DNA of 64,000 nucleotides, taken from assembly GCA_013265495.1 (NCBI GenBank), contig MU058463.1, forward strand, positions 2,441,523 to 2,505,522, written 5' to 3'. The stretch comes from Vicugna vicugna. Its lineage: Eukaryota. Shown here piece by piece: positions 26,289 through 38,600 of the stretch (the stretch's first letter is position 1; every line of letters starts with the position of its first letter). The notes beneath the pieces were generated by a model. It made no database searches. It had not been told where the DNA came from and saw only the letters and a program-made list of their open reading frames with translations. The position numbers and the translations under genes are program-made.

Positions 26289-27325
26289 AACACAACTACC
26301 TCTTGATGGATTGTACTACCCACCTGGAGAGGAAGAAACAGATGGGCATAGCAGAGAGAAGCCGGAATTCTTGACAGTGTTCTGTACACTGTCAGCAACC
26401 TCTGGCATATTTTACAGAGAGAGTAGAAAGTGTGGTGGATCTGATAAACTAGTTAATTAGAGGTTGGTTAAAACAGCTTCTATATTTTCATCTGAGTATA
26501 ACTACAAATAAAAGCTTCAAGCTTTTAACAACCAAAGTGATCAAAAATATTCTTTCTCTAAAGTACAAGGAGGCTTGTGTGACTTTCCAGACATAAATGA
26601 TTTTAAACAAATCTCCACTTTATGCCGTATGACAGAGTAGAAATGTTCATAATAGCTTAGTGAAAGAGATAATGTTTTATGTGTCACTGGAGGAAAGTGT
26701 AAAACAAATATTTTACAATTTTTCTGTAGCCATTTATTGTTTTGATTTGACTCAAATAACCTTTTATTGTTATAGGAATCGACTTCCTAATGCATTTTCT
26801 CAATGGCATAGGCAGATACACAGAACTTTATATGCGTGAATAATATAAGTTGATGTAGCAATATATTTTCTTTGTTTTCGCATTATACATACAGCACAAA
26901 TCCTAATAAAACTAGACTGGAATATATTACAAATTCATTCGGTTACCAAGTGAGTGAATAAATATATATGATTTAAATTAAGAATGTGCAGTCCATCACT
27001 TAACATGCCACCTCTTCTACTTTATTTTGACTTTTGCACTTATCATGTTTTATTAACATTTTGAAGTTGTAAACATGAGCAGAGTGAAAGCCACATCACA
27101 AAACTGAGGTTAAGGGTTTATTATATGTTGGAATATGAAAGTCCTGAGAGTAACTACAGAGAAACTCAGGCGCAGTGACTGAAAACATTGCTATGTCAGT
27201 GATGCTTCTAAGCTTTCCTTTGTGGATGGTGCGTGCTTTTGAGATGCAGTCCAGTGCATCTCAAAGAGTAGCTAGCAGACAACTTTGAGCCCGTACTCAG
27301 TCCTTGTTAAAAATGCTGAACCCTG

Positions 27326-27441
27326 AATGTGAAAATGAATATATGTATATTCATGTATGACTGAAAAATTGTGCTGTACACCAGAAATTGACACAACATT
27401 GTAAACTGACTATAACTCAATAAAAAATAAAAAATTGAAAG
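27326..27441 (+). mobile_element. Very short young L1 3' end inserted in a MER5-like element
   Basis: aatgtgaaaatgaatatatg...ctgtacaccagaaattgacacaacattgtaaactgactataactcaataaaaaa; flanked by aaaaatgctgaaccctg / aaaaatggccaaccctg. Confidence 0.8.
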
Positions 27442-27569
27442 AAAAATGGCCAACCCTGGGCTCACCGTACACCTATTAAATTTACTTCTCTGGAGGTAGG
27501 GCCAGTGAATATGCATTTAACATAACCTCTCCTATTGATTCTTATAAACAAGAATTTTGAGATTTTCTT

Positions 27570-28027
27570 AGTTCTGGTCCCTTAAAAGCAGAGCCTTCAA
27601 TGGAGTGGTTGTAATCATGGCACATGATTTACTAAGGCAGTGATTTTCAGAAAAATCTGTGAGGTTGAGGGTGAGGCAGGATGGGAAGAGAGAAAAGGGC
27701 TGAGCAGCAATGTGGTCTCAAGTAAAGATCCAACCTTGGTCTGATCCAAAATGGGCTATGGAGTTGTCCCTCTTTGAGGCAAGGGTGGCAGTGTTTAGTA
27801 CTCTGCTTTCAACTGATCATAGGTTGTGGGCTATGGTATGGGGATGGAGGGTGGTGGAGATGGTGCAGCCCTTTCCTGGTGAGGCAGCTCCTATGAGCAG
27901 AGGGCAACCTTCCTGTCAATGGTGTAGCTGGGAACCCTCTGGCAGCCAACACTTTGAACACCTGGGGCATGAGTGCCCTGGTCTGATTAAGAGAACATAG
28001 GTGGGGCATCAAACAGCATTCATCACA
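27570..28027 (-). mobile_element. ERVL LTR (LTR16-family-like), 3' LTR
   Basis: Minus strand starts TGTGATGAATGC immediately after a purine tract; aagcagagcc...gcagccaacac...ggtggggcatc layout resembles LTR16. Confidence 0.65.
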
Positions 28028-29230
28028 GTCTACCCCTTGCATTGCTCATGTCCACTTGCTTCTCACATTAAAGTCACTTGGATTATACAGATCCCGTAAT
28101 CACAGTTCTTGGAGAAATATAAGAGGAGGGTTGGTGGGACAAACTACAGCTCCTGCTACTGTAATTGGTATCAGTGTCCTAACTATACTCATCATCTCCC
28201 GCCTCTACCTCCATTTCTGATTCCCCTGACCGCCAGCTAGCATGCTGGCTGGACTGGGTGACTTGCCTTTTTGGTTGATACAACTGTCATCTCTGAGGAG
28301 CCTAAGTCTCTGGTTTCCATGCTTTTTTGAAACTGGGGTTGCTGTACTCGCCTGTTCATGGTCACAGAAGGCATGAATGTGCCAAGAGATGCCTCAGCAG
28401 AAGTATCAGATGTATTCATTTATGTCCTTATTACTAGGTGGGAGTTCTAATTGCTCATAATGGTCAGGGCTGATTTTCCTGGATTTTGGATACCTCCATC
28501 AACCACCGGTTGATATTAGCATAAGGAGCCTAACGGGACTTGTGGCAGCCATTGCTTTGCATTTAGTTGGAATTAGGTTTACTTTGTCTTTTGGGTAGGA
28601 ACATTCCCTATTTTGCAATCAGGGTACCTAGATTCAGAGACTATAAACATACGGGAATGGAAAGCACAAGTTCTTTAAGTGAATCACTGGCAGTGTTGGT
28701 GAGTGGGGCTACTCCCACCTTTCTGCTACTTGATACTTGGACCTATGTCTTCTATTTATTGGGGACACACCACCATGTGATGGACCTTGCTTTAAGGAAT
28801 TTACCAAATTATTCAGGATAGCAGTATCCTTACAAGGATGTTTACAACTTCAAAAGGTTAATAAAACTGTTTCAACCTAGTGTCTTGGATACATCTTTAA
28901 GAAGCTGTTTCATCACCCTATCTGGACAGGGGCTTCTAGACGGTATAGAAAGTGGTAGGTCTGGGTACACCATACACACATGCCCACTGCCACACCTTCT
29001 TGGCTGTAAAGTGGGTCCTTTGATCTGGAGTGGTTTTATGCAGAATTCCATGTCTGTAGATCAGACATTCTGTGAGCCTGTGAATAGTGACACTGGCTGA
29101 GAACCTTCGGACAAGAAACGCAAACCCATACAGTATATGTTAATCCTGGCGAGGAACATCTCTTTCCTTTCTGGAAGGCAAGTCTGATGCAAGCAATTTG
29201 CCATTAACTAACTGGTTGGTCTCTTTGAGA
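28028..29230 (-). mobile_element. ERVL internal sequence (ERV3-16A3_I-like) remnant
   Basis: Polypurine tract AAGGGGTAGAC(-) abuts the LTR; the degenerate internal sequence continues (tgtaaagtgggtcctttgatctg...ctgtagatcagacattctgtgagcc). Confidence 0.6.
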
Positions 29231-30391
29231 AAAGAATGTACAGTTCCAGTAAAGGGGATCTAGGTGGGGTACCAAGATTGGTTCTACCACAGAGACCTGC
29301 TGGCCTTTCTTTCAGGGTACAGTTTAAGCCAGATTTGACACAAAGGATCAACTTTGACCATATTTGTAGATTTATTGTTTGCATACCGGCTGTTATGATG
29401 GAAACTAAAATGTGTTCAAATTAGTTGAATTCATGCAGTTATCTTCAGTTTAGTTTGCTTGAGCAAACCCAAATCAGATTTATTGTTAGGTCGAGTTAAT
29501 TTAATCAACACAGACTCTTTGTATTAGATGTTAGCCAGTTAATGGAGGTAAGATGGTCAAACCACTTGGGCTGTGTAAAATCAACCTTTGAAAAATTTAG
29601 CTGCTCTTGACAATGAAAAAACTCAGAAGCAGGAATTGCAGAGAGATGGCATGACTCAATGAGGTTTCCTTTTTTGATTTTGAAAATTGTATTTTATAAA
29701 ATACATTTCCTTAAAAAGTTTTTGGTCTGTAATCTTAAAGTAGAAGAAACTAATTACTAATTTAGTTTTTTAAGTTAGCAAATTACTTATAAATTCTGAA
29801 TTATAAAACCATAGAATTATGGAATCACAGAATTGGGAGGGCTTAGATCTTCACAAACATCCTCCTTTCCAAAAAAGAAATTCTCTTTATTACAGGCTGA
29901 TGGTCAAATAGCTTCAACTAATAATGTGATAGTAAATCTAGGACTTCCCAAGAGAGTCTACTTAATGTCTTTTAAACATTATGTTTTTACAGTTATAAGG
30001 ATAATACATTTTTATAATAGGAAAAAACCCTCAAAAATAGAAAGTAAAAGATCACTTTAAATCCCTATTTAAAAACTGCTGCTACTAACATTTTGCTGTT
30101 TTTCCTTTCAGTATTTTTATATGGTTTAATCATCCCTCAACGTAGCTGTAACCATGTTACACATACAGCTATATATCTTGCTTTTTTAAACTTAAAATTA
30201 TAATAAAAGCCTGCTTATGTTGTTATAAATACCTTTGAAGTTCCTTTGCAATGGTGCACAATATTCCATTCTGTTCAACTACAGAATGTGATTCAACCAT
30301 AAACTAATTTATCGTTCTCTCATAGGTAGGCAATTAGATTGTTTCCATTGGCTAAAACAAGGGTGATAGGAAATTTACCCACAGATACCTT

Positions 30392-30533
30392 ATTTTCATA
30401 AAATTCATTTTATTTTAACTTCTTGGAAGAGAGGCAATTAGGTTTATATTTATTTTTAATGGTACTGGGGATTGAACCCAGGACCTTGTGCATGCTAAGC
30501 ACACACTCTACCACTGAACTATACCCTCTGCCC
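30392..30533 (-). mobile_element. tRNA-Ala-derived camelid SINE (vic-1-like)
   Basis: Reverse complement gagggtatagttcagtggtagagtgtgtgcttagcatgcacaaggtcctgggttcaatccccagtacc; 16-bp TSD tacccacagatacctt (30376) / tactcacagatacttt (30534). Confidence 0.9.
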
Positions 30534-30834
30534 TACTCACAGATACTTTGAAATACAAAATTGCCTTCCAAAAGTTATGCCGTAACATTAGGACATGGTG
30601 GACAACTATGTTTTCCCTCGTTTGGAATCTTAACGAGGTTTGTGCTTCACTCTCAGTTTGCATATAATTCCCCTTGATGGAGAATGCTTATCCAAGACAG
30701 GAATTGGACAGTATTTTCTCTGATGTCAGCATATACTTCAAAAGCATGGAAACCCTTTTCATTTGTTCTCCTTGCTTTGAGGAAATCGACATACCCTCCA
30801 TATTGCACTTAGCGTTTTCACAAGCTTCGATTCT

Positions 30835-32385
30835 GTTCTTCAGTTTTTGTTTTTAAAATTTCTGCTTTCAGCAACTTGATTATTATGTTTCTAGGCATGT
30901 TTTTGTTTCTGTTTATCCATTATAGATTTTACTAAGCTTCTTTAATCTGTTAGTCGATTTTTTAAAATCAATTTTGGAACATTTGCAGCCATTAGTTATT
31001 CAAAACATTTTTCTATTCCAATGTTTCTTCTTTTTCTGAGACACTATTTGTGTATGTATTTGACCATTTGATATTGTTCTATAGGTTCTGAAGCTCTGTT
31101 CATTTTTTCTTCTTTGTAACTCAGTTTGGATAATCTCTGTTGTGTTGTCTTCAGGTTCCTGAGTTTTTCTCCTGTGGTGTCCAATCTACTGTCAGCTCAT
31201 GTAGTGAATTTTTCATTTCAATTATTGTAATTTTTATTCTAGAATTGCTATTCAGTTTTTAAATAATTTCCATTTCTCTACTGATAGTCTTCCTGAGAAC
31301 TTTCATTATGCCAATTTTTTCCCTTAAAATATGTACGCATGTTCTTTAAACTGTTTTAAAATAATTTTCCACTAATTTAAATATTTCTGTCATCCTCAGT
31401 CTGTTTCTGTTTACTGATTTTTTTTCTTCCTGTTTCAGGTCAGTAAATCTTGTATGTGGTCATTTTTGATTGTATGCTGCATATTGGAGATGCTCTGTTG
31501 TTGAGATTCTGGATTCCACTTTCTTACTTTAAAGATGGTTGAGAGGTGGGGGAGGATGCAGTTCAGTGTGGGGAGGATATAGCTTATAGCTCAGTGGTGG
31601 AGTGTGTGCCTAGCACACACGAGCCCCTGGATTCAATCCCCAGTATCTCCATTAAATAAATAAATGGGTAAATAAGCCTAATTACCTTCTCCTAAAAAAA
31701 AAAAAAAGATGGTTGAGATTTTATGATCCCAGGCAGTTAATTTTCTGTTGAATTAGCTTAATACTTGTTTTTAAGCTTATTATGGCATATCCATAGTAGT
31801 CCTTCCCGTAAGGGTCCAACAGCCCTACTCCTAACATATGGTCTTCCTGGCATCCCAGAACGCTGAGCACTGAAGTCTCTGACACTCTTGCTGTATGGAA
31901 ATTCGACATCTCTCAGTACTGAGAAGCCTCTAGAATCTCCAGTTAATCCACATTTCTTTAATAACTGTTTTTTCCCCAGGCTTCAGAGAGTCTTATTCTG
32001 ACCATCTGCACTTAATACATGATTGAATTCTCAAGAAGCTGCTGTACAGATTTCTGGAGCTGCTTCCCTGTGCAGCTTCCATCTGACCGATCCCACGTGC
32101 TCCAGCAGCCCCGGACTCTGATTCCCGCCTCCTCAGCTCCGTGAAGCTTGGGCCTCATCGCTTGGGCCTGACCTTCCTGCGCCAGGTTCCAAAGTACGTC
32201 TAGTGAGAGAACCAACACGACCGCGGGGCTCGCTTGGTGTGCTTCCCTTTGCCTAATCGATCACAGCTCCGCACCGCTGATCTGCAGCAGCTGAAAGAAG
32301 TTACTTCATATGGTTTGTACAGTTTCATAGCCGTTTACAATGGGCAAGCTCATCTATTACCAACTACATCTGGAAACGGAAGCCT
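30835..32385 (-). mobile_element. Ancient L1M/HAL1-type 5' UTR + ORF1 region, interrupted by SINE
   Basis: T-rich antisense ORF1-like sequence (30850-31500). The 31980-32385 part is similar to the 5' end at 10200-10600 and ends with tggaaacggaag. Confidence 0.65.
31545..31704 (+). mobile_element. tRNA-Ala-derived camelid SINE (vic-1-like) with stuttered head
   Basis: tatagctcagtggtggagtg...ggattcaatccccagtatctcc...cctaattacc, poly-A; perfect 14-bp TSD aaagatggttgaga at 31531-31544 and 31705-31718. Confidence 0.9.
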
Positions 32386-32929
32386 TTACAGTAATTATGT
32401 ATATATTAAGAGATGAGCATTTATCTATTTCGAATATAACTCTTCTGTTGCACTGTTTTATTACTTACCCAATTAATTATTCCTTTGCATCTGTCCAATG
32501 ACCTATTTTTTTGTTACATACATTGAAAAAATTTTAAACTGTAATGTCTTTGTTGTATGATATGATTGGCATTCTCTATGATAAATCAAATATCAAAATT
32601 CAATTTATTTAAAAACGAATTTCTTTTAAAAACTTAATTGCCACAAATTTAATATTGTTCTGATTTTTTCCTTTTGCTGGCATTTTATTCAAAATTGTTA
32701 ATAACCATTTCTGAGGCCCAGCCTGTTCATCTATAATTGCAGGCAGGATGCCAAGCAGCCACTTTTTCTGAGACATTAAACCTTTTAGAATACTTTAAAT
32801 CTCAGAAGTTACCTTTGCCATTTCTAAGATGGGATCCAGAGACATCTTTCAAAAATCAAACCCCACCAGAATTTTCTTCCAAATTAAAAACTTCAATCCT
32901 AACGGTGGAAAATTTACTTATCCCTTTAA

Positions 32930-33065
32930 TTATATTCATTACACTTTTAAATGTTTGTTTTCCCTTTTGGTTTGCAAATCCTATGAGGGCAAGGACCTTG
33001 TTTTCTATTGAACCATTAACATTCAGTACTGTGTCTAAACATGGTAAATACTCATTTGTTAAAGA
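32930..33065 (+). mobile_element. L2 3' end
   Basis: gcaaatcctatgagggcaaggaccttg...cagtactgtgtctaaacatggtaaatactca. Confidence 0.65.
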
Positions 33066-33619
33066 CTAATAAAAATAATAGTAAAGGCTAACCTTCACTG
33101 AGAGCTAACTGTGTGCTCGGAGCCCTTCTAAGAAGCAAGCATTATTATTATTTTAAAATTTGTCATTTCTGTATTCCACGTGAATCTGTCTCCTCTGCCG
33201 TTGCAACACTCTCTAATCAGGTTTGCAACCCTACACACCCTGGGGTCTTTTCACTTACTGGCATCATTGTAGTCCAGGTATCTCCAGCATTTCTTGGGCA
33301 CAAAGAGAAAAAAAAAGCCCCTAATCGTATTAATTAGGGCCAATTACAATGACCCTTCCCAGCATGCCTACTGTAGAAAATAAAAATTCGGTATGGGGGC
33401 TCCAGATTTAAACTCAGGCTCCAATGACCCTGAATTAAATACAAAGATGAATTAATGTAGCTGCATCCAAGACATGAATTCACACCAAACCATAGACCCT
33501 TATGAAAACTTCACAAGGAAAACCGCGGAGCCCATTTTGTTTCTCACCTGACCTTTGCTCAGTTTCCCTTCACCTTGCTGATCCTACAGGCGGCCGTGGG
33601 AGAAAGAAACGCCACCTGA

Positions 33620-33800
33620 AGAAGGAGACCCGAGTTTGAAGCCAGCTCTGAAACTCATTATTCATCTGACTTCGGGGTTATCATTCAGACCTTCAGAGTC
33701 TCACTTTCCTGACCTGTCATATGGAGGCAAAAACTTTTCTAGCGTGGTGCAGCTAAGAAGATTAAGTGATAAAAAATTAAATGTTATATATGCACAGGTT
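33620..33800 (+). mobile_element. MIR SINE
   Basis: gagacccgagtttgaagccagctctg...agagtctcactttcctgacctgtcatatgg...agattaagtga. Confidence 0.6.
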
Positions 33801-35199
33801 TTTGTCAATGATAGTGTGTGCTAGCCATGTGAAGAATATTAATAATGAGTATATATTGGCGTTAATTTATATCTTCTAAGGTATTTTGATACAATTTGGG
33901 AGATATTCTGATAAAAGAATATTCTGATAAAATTTGGGAGAGCAACTGATCAGATTTATTTCTTTCAAAGGTGTCCTGTGCGCCTATCATGGTAAATAAG
34001 TAATGACGATAATAAATAAATCCAGGAATTAAGTATTTATGTATAATACTTTACAACTTCATTTGGTGAAGCATCTTTCATGCCAACTATATCCCCAAAC
34101 AGATTACATTCAATAAAGACTTACAGTGATATGCAATAAATACTAGCGGTGAGAGACAGACATTGAGATAAACAGGCAGGGGAAAGTGCTTTTCAGCTAA
34201 ATTCTGAAAAGAAATGAAGAATTTAGGGGTGAAGAGACCCAGGAGAGATGTCACAGTAGGCAGGAACTACCGGAGAGGAAGTTCTCACGCTCAGTTTTCT
34301 TAGTGAGAGGCCCGAGGCCCAGAGTTCCAAGGCCTTGAACCTCTGCCTGGGTCATCTCACAGGCAGCACGTCCTCACTGTGGGAAAAGAGAAGGATATGA
34401 AGTCCAAGATCGCTGAGTTCCGACTTCCTGGGAATTATGCGTCAGGGAGAGCTTTGCTTTGATCTACATGGAACAGAGAGGAGCTCTGCATGGGTACCCT
34501 GTTCGCCGTACTCCACCCAAGAAGGGCATCTGTGAAGTTTATCACTGAAAATCAGCCGGAAATCTGATTTGCAGTCTAGAGTGAGGATTTTCAAGTTAGC
34601 TCAGAACAAGCTGATTTCTAAATCCTCCATGTGTTTGCCTTTGGTTCACAGTTTTGATGAAACAGAGAGATTTTTTAATATGTTAACTTGACTTTTTTGT
34701 ATGCATGTGGACAACATAAGGTCTTTAACACTGTGTGTTGTGGGATGTGTGTGTGTGTGTTTAAAGGGTAGGGGGTGGTGACATAAGAAGAGAAAGAGGA
34801 GAGGAAAATGTTACTTGTAAGTCTAACTTAAGACTAATTTTATTCTGCTCTCAGGGTTTTACTCTCAGTTGCTTCATCTAGAAAAGGAGGATATTAATAT
34901 CTTCTCGCTAGGGTTGTGTGCAGATAAATAAGACAACAATGGCAAAGCTTTGGTGCTGCAATTTTTAAGGCTCTTAATAAACATTTGTCCCCATCTTCAT
35001 TAGCCTGAATGTGCTATTGCCTTGAAACCCAGGAAACACGAGAAGGAAATGTCCTTTCTCTCTCTTTTTAAAGAGTTATTACTTAGAAATTTTAATTTTT
35101 GTAAACTGCTTTCTATTAGAGACAGAACCATATCACAGAAAATTCTTAGAGTAGGCAATTAAAAAAACTCTTATATTTTGATTTAAAAATGCATTGTAT

Positions 35200-35325
35200 C
35201 TCACAGAAAAAATGTGACAATGAATATATGTTTGTTCATGAATAACTGAAAAATTGTGTTCTACACTGGAATTTGACACAACTTTGTAAAATGATTATAA
35301 CTCAATAAAAATGTTAAAAAAATTT
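35200..35325 (+). mobile_element. Very short young L1 3' end
   Basis: ctcacagaaaaaatgtgacaatgaatatatg...tttgacacaac...ctcaataaaa; TSD aaaaatgcattgtat (35185) / aaaaatgcattatat (35326). Confidence 0.85.
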
Positions 35326-38229
35326 AAAAATGCATTATATGCATTTTTTAGCACATTCATTTTGTTAGATTCTCGAGTGCTAAAATAAGTGTATTTGTGT
35401 AAGTCATACTTACTGAGATTGGGGGAAGGTGAGAGTGGGGAAAGGTAAGGAGGCTCAAAAGTTAAGGAAGAGTTGCTTGTGTGAGAAATTTGATTCAGAC
35501 CATCAAAAGAGTGCATAAGCAAGTGTTCCTGTATTTTCTATTCACAAAGTGTTTGCATTGTTGTCATGATTGGTTTGGTTTAATGACAAACCAATGCCCT
35601 CTAAAGAAAGACGACCTTGCAAACCTATCTGAAGCCCTATTACATCATTTTATGTTCAGAGTGGCAGATGTAGTTCAATCTCAACAGCATACGGTGGGCT
35701 TGCTGGGCACACAGTGGCAGCTTGAAGGAGGGCCACTGAAGTGTCTTTCATGATGCTAAAGTGGCCTCAAAATGAGGAATTTATTTTGGAAGAGCATATA
35801 AAGAGTAAAAAAGGGAAAGCTTAACTTAAAAATATAGCTAGGAAAAGAGACTGTATATAAATGAATGAAGAGATTAGTGCCCAGTAACTACAAGCACAAG
35901 TTGGTTTCACAGCTGCTCCTGATATGAGCAATGAAAAAGATAAGAATGAAAAGAGCCATGAGAGGGTCCACTTCTTGAGGGCAGGGCTCCTGTCTCGTTG
36001 CACAGGATGCACCCCCAGTGTCTAGAATATGGTACGCACATGGTAGGTTCTCACTACTCCATAGTGGAAAAACAAAATATACACAAAGAGGGGAATGACT
36101 CGACCTTTTTAAGGTAGATTTAGATTATTTGACCCCAATGACAGAGGCTGTCTTTTATGAAACTTTCTCTGTTTTCCAGTTGTCTTCTAAGTAGGTAGTT
36201 CTATAGGTGGTGTTCTTTATGGGCTAAGAGGCATAGGACAGATGCGTCCAGAAACGAAGGAGTGAGCTGAAGTTGTTACATTAAAAAGTTTCCCCAGGCA
36301 AGCAAGAAATGGCCTGGAGTTTGCTCCTGGTTGCAACTTTAATCACTTCACACCAGTGACTGTAGAAATTCATTTGAATGATGAAGGAAATGCTTTAATC
36401 TGGACTTCGTCATGTTACTTTTGCAACCTTGGAGTTCTAAATTGAAACTAAGCATGGAAAATTATCTGCAACTTCAGTCCTCCAAATTCTAGTAAATCCA
36501 TGAGAAGATGTGTTGCTTCATGAATGGAAGAGAGAGGAAAAAGTCCAGGTCAGGCAGGGAATAAGGAATGGGAGATCTGGGTGTGTGTGGGTGGGGAGTT
36601 CAGGTCCCAGAAAATTAAGTTTGAATATATATTGAGAGTTTGGACTAAGGTTTGGAAGAATAAGGCATATCAGGGGTCATAAGATTAATGACAATTAATG
36701 AGCAGAATCACACCAGGTATTTGGAGGCCAGGAAATCAAGCTGACTTTAGAAGTCTGTGGTCTTGGAGACAAAAGGAAGCTAAAGCTACAATAATCATGA
36801 AGTCAGTCAAGGTGAGAAAGAACTTGTGGGAAAAGTGATTTAGAAAGATAAAGAATTGGATTGCAGGAATTAGATAGGCCAAAGGAATTACAGCACCTCT
36901 CGGAAAGCAGGACTTGTCTAATTCTGATACGGTAATTACTAGAGTCAAAGACTGTTTTCATCCTTCCAGGTGCAGGAATTTGTTCCCCAGCAAAAAGTAG
37001 GCGTGGATCCTCGCTGCAGGGCTGTGTTCAGCTGGTGTAGGAAAGTGAGAAACCCCAGGACTGTTCTTGTGTGTGTTTTTCTATGAGCAGATCATCGCAT
37101 TTCTCAGCTCAGGGGTCCACGGAGAGCGGGGGAACTGGGAAAGGTGTTGCTGCTGAAAGGAAGGATAAGCAAGAAAGGAGGGCGGTCACGTTACAGAATG
37201 ATCTATTACGGGGCAACTCTGGGACGTATTGTGAGAGGATTGTATTTCTTGCAAATAACCACAAAGACCTTTCAGTCTATGTCTTCTACTTTGAAAGAAG
37301 AGAAATTCAATTGAATCTCCCCAGTCTAGATACCAAATACACACAGGACAGGTGTCCCGACTGAGAGATCCAGGAAGAGTTAACCGAAGTCATTTTCAGA
37401 TTTAATGATCCCAGGAGTCTAAATGAGTGTGGCATCTCTCTTAACCAACTGAGTGGCACAGCAGAAGCTCCTCTGTGGTTAGGCTGGCCGCCTTAAATGA
37501 CCCAGAGTTGAAGCTGCTTCTTTGGTGATGTCTGTAATGTCTGATCCATAACCTCAATCATTTCTCTGTTTTTTTTTTTCAAGCTCTTATGATAACACAG
37601 CACATTTGAATATGCTTAAAGTATTCAAGCGGTGCTACTGGCTATAATTAAGTTCTTTCAGCCTTTCCATAACAAAGTCTTCTTTCCAGGGTTTAATATC
37701 TCAGAGACTTCTAATCCCATTGGACCAAACTCAGTACAGAAATTGTCAGCAGGAATGCAAATTTTTCTGCTCACCCCTAAATATTTCCAATTAAACAAAA
37801 ATTTTTTTCTTTCTCATTACAGCATAGGTATAAGGTTTCAGGCAATTTTGGAAGGCCAAAAGAAAAAAAGTAATCTAAGCACAAAATTAGAAAGAAATGT
37901 ACAAGAATGCAAAATTTATCTAGTTTTGGGGTGTGTGGGAGGAACTGAATACTTCCAGTATTAGAGAACTTTTTATATTGGTTTTTTTTTATAGCAAACT
38001 CAAGATTTAGCTGTGAAATAAACTGAAAATGTATTGGTTGTTGGTTTGGAATTTTGATTTTTTTAAGAGACATATTTGTTAATTCTGTGACACATTAAGA
38101 TGGTTAACTGATTCCAATATATTCATCTGATGTGGGCTATAATTGAAGTTTCTTTTTTCCTTCTTCTCTGTCTTGAAGCCAACTGAATAAAAATCATTTG
38201 TGACATTAATTGTTTACAACAAAGTTATT

Positions 38230-38600
38230 AAGATAAAAATTTTGTACATGATATTATACTTACCATCTTAACCATTTCTAAGTGTACAGTTCAGTAGTGT
38301 TAAGTATATTCACATTATTGTACAATTAATTTCCAGACTTTTTCATCTTTTACAACTGAAACTCTCTACCCACCAGAGAACTTTCATTTTCCCCTTTTCC
38401 TTGGCCTCTAGCAACCACCATTCTCCTTTCTGTTGCTATGAATTTGACCACTCATAGATACGTCATATAAATGGAATCATACAGTATCTGTCTTGTAACA
38501 AACTGTGATTGCCATATTTCAATTAGCATAGAGACCTCAAGTTCATGCATGCTTTAGCATGTGTCAGAATTTCTTTCCTTTTTTAAGGTTGCATAATATA
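38230..38600 (-). mobile_element. L1MA/L1MB-type 3' end
   Basis: ttaccatcttaaccatttctaagtgtacagttcagtagtgttaagtatattcacatt...gcaaccaccattct...tataaatggaatcatacagtat. Confidence 0.8.

Noticed and set aside
30460..30533. tRNA-Ala-like sequences (also at 23535-23608 and 31570-31650)
   Set aside because: Each is followed by a SINE body and A-rich tail, and two have clear TSDs. They are tRNA-derived SINEs, not tRNA genes.
33560..33640. Strong-looking splice acceptor (ttcccttcaccttgctgatcctacag|GCG)
   Set aside because: Runs straight into a MIR, with no matching donor or sustained frame.
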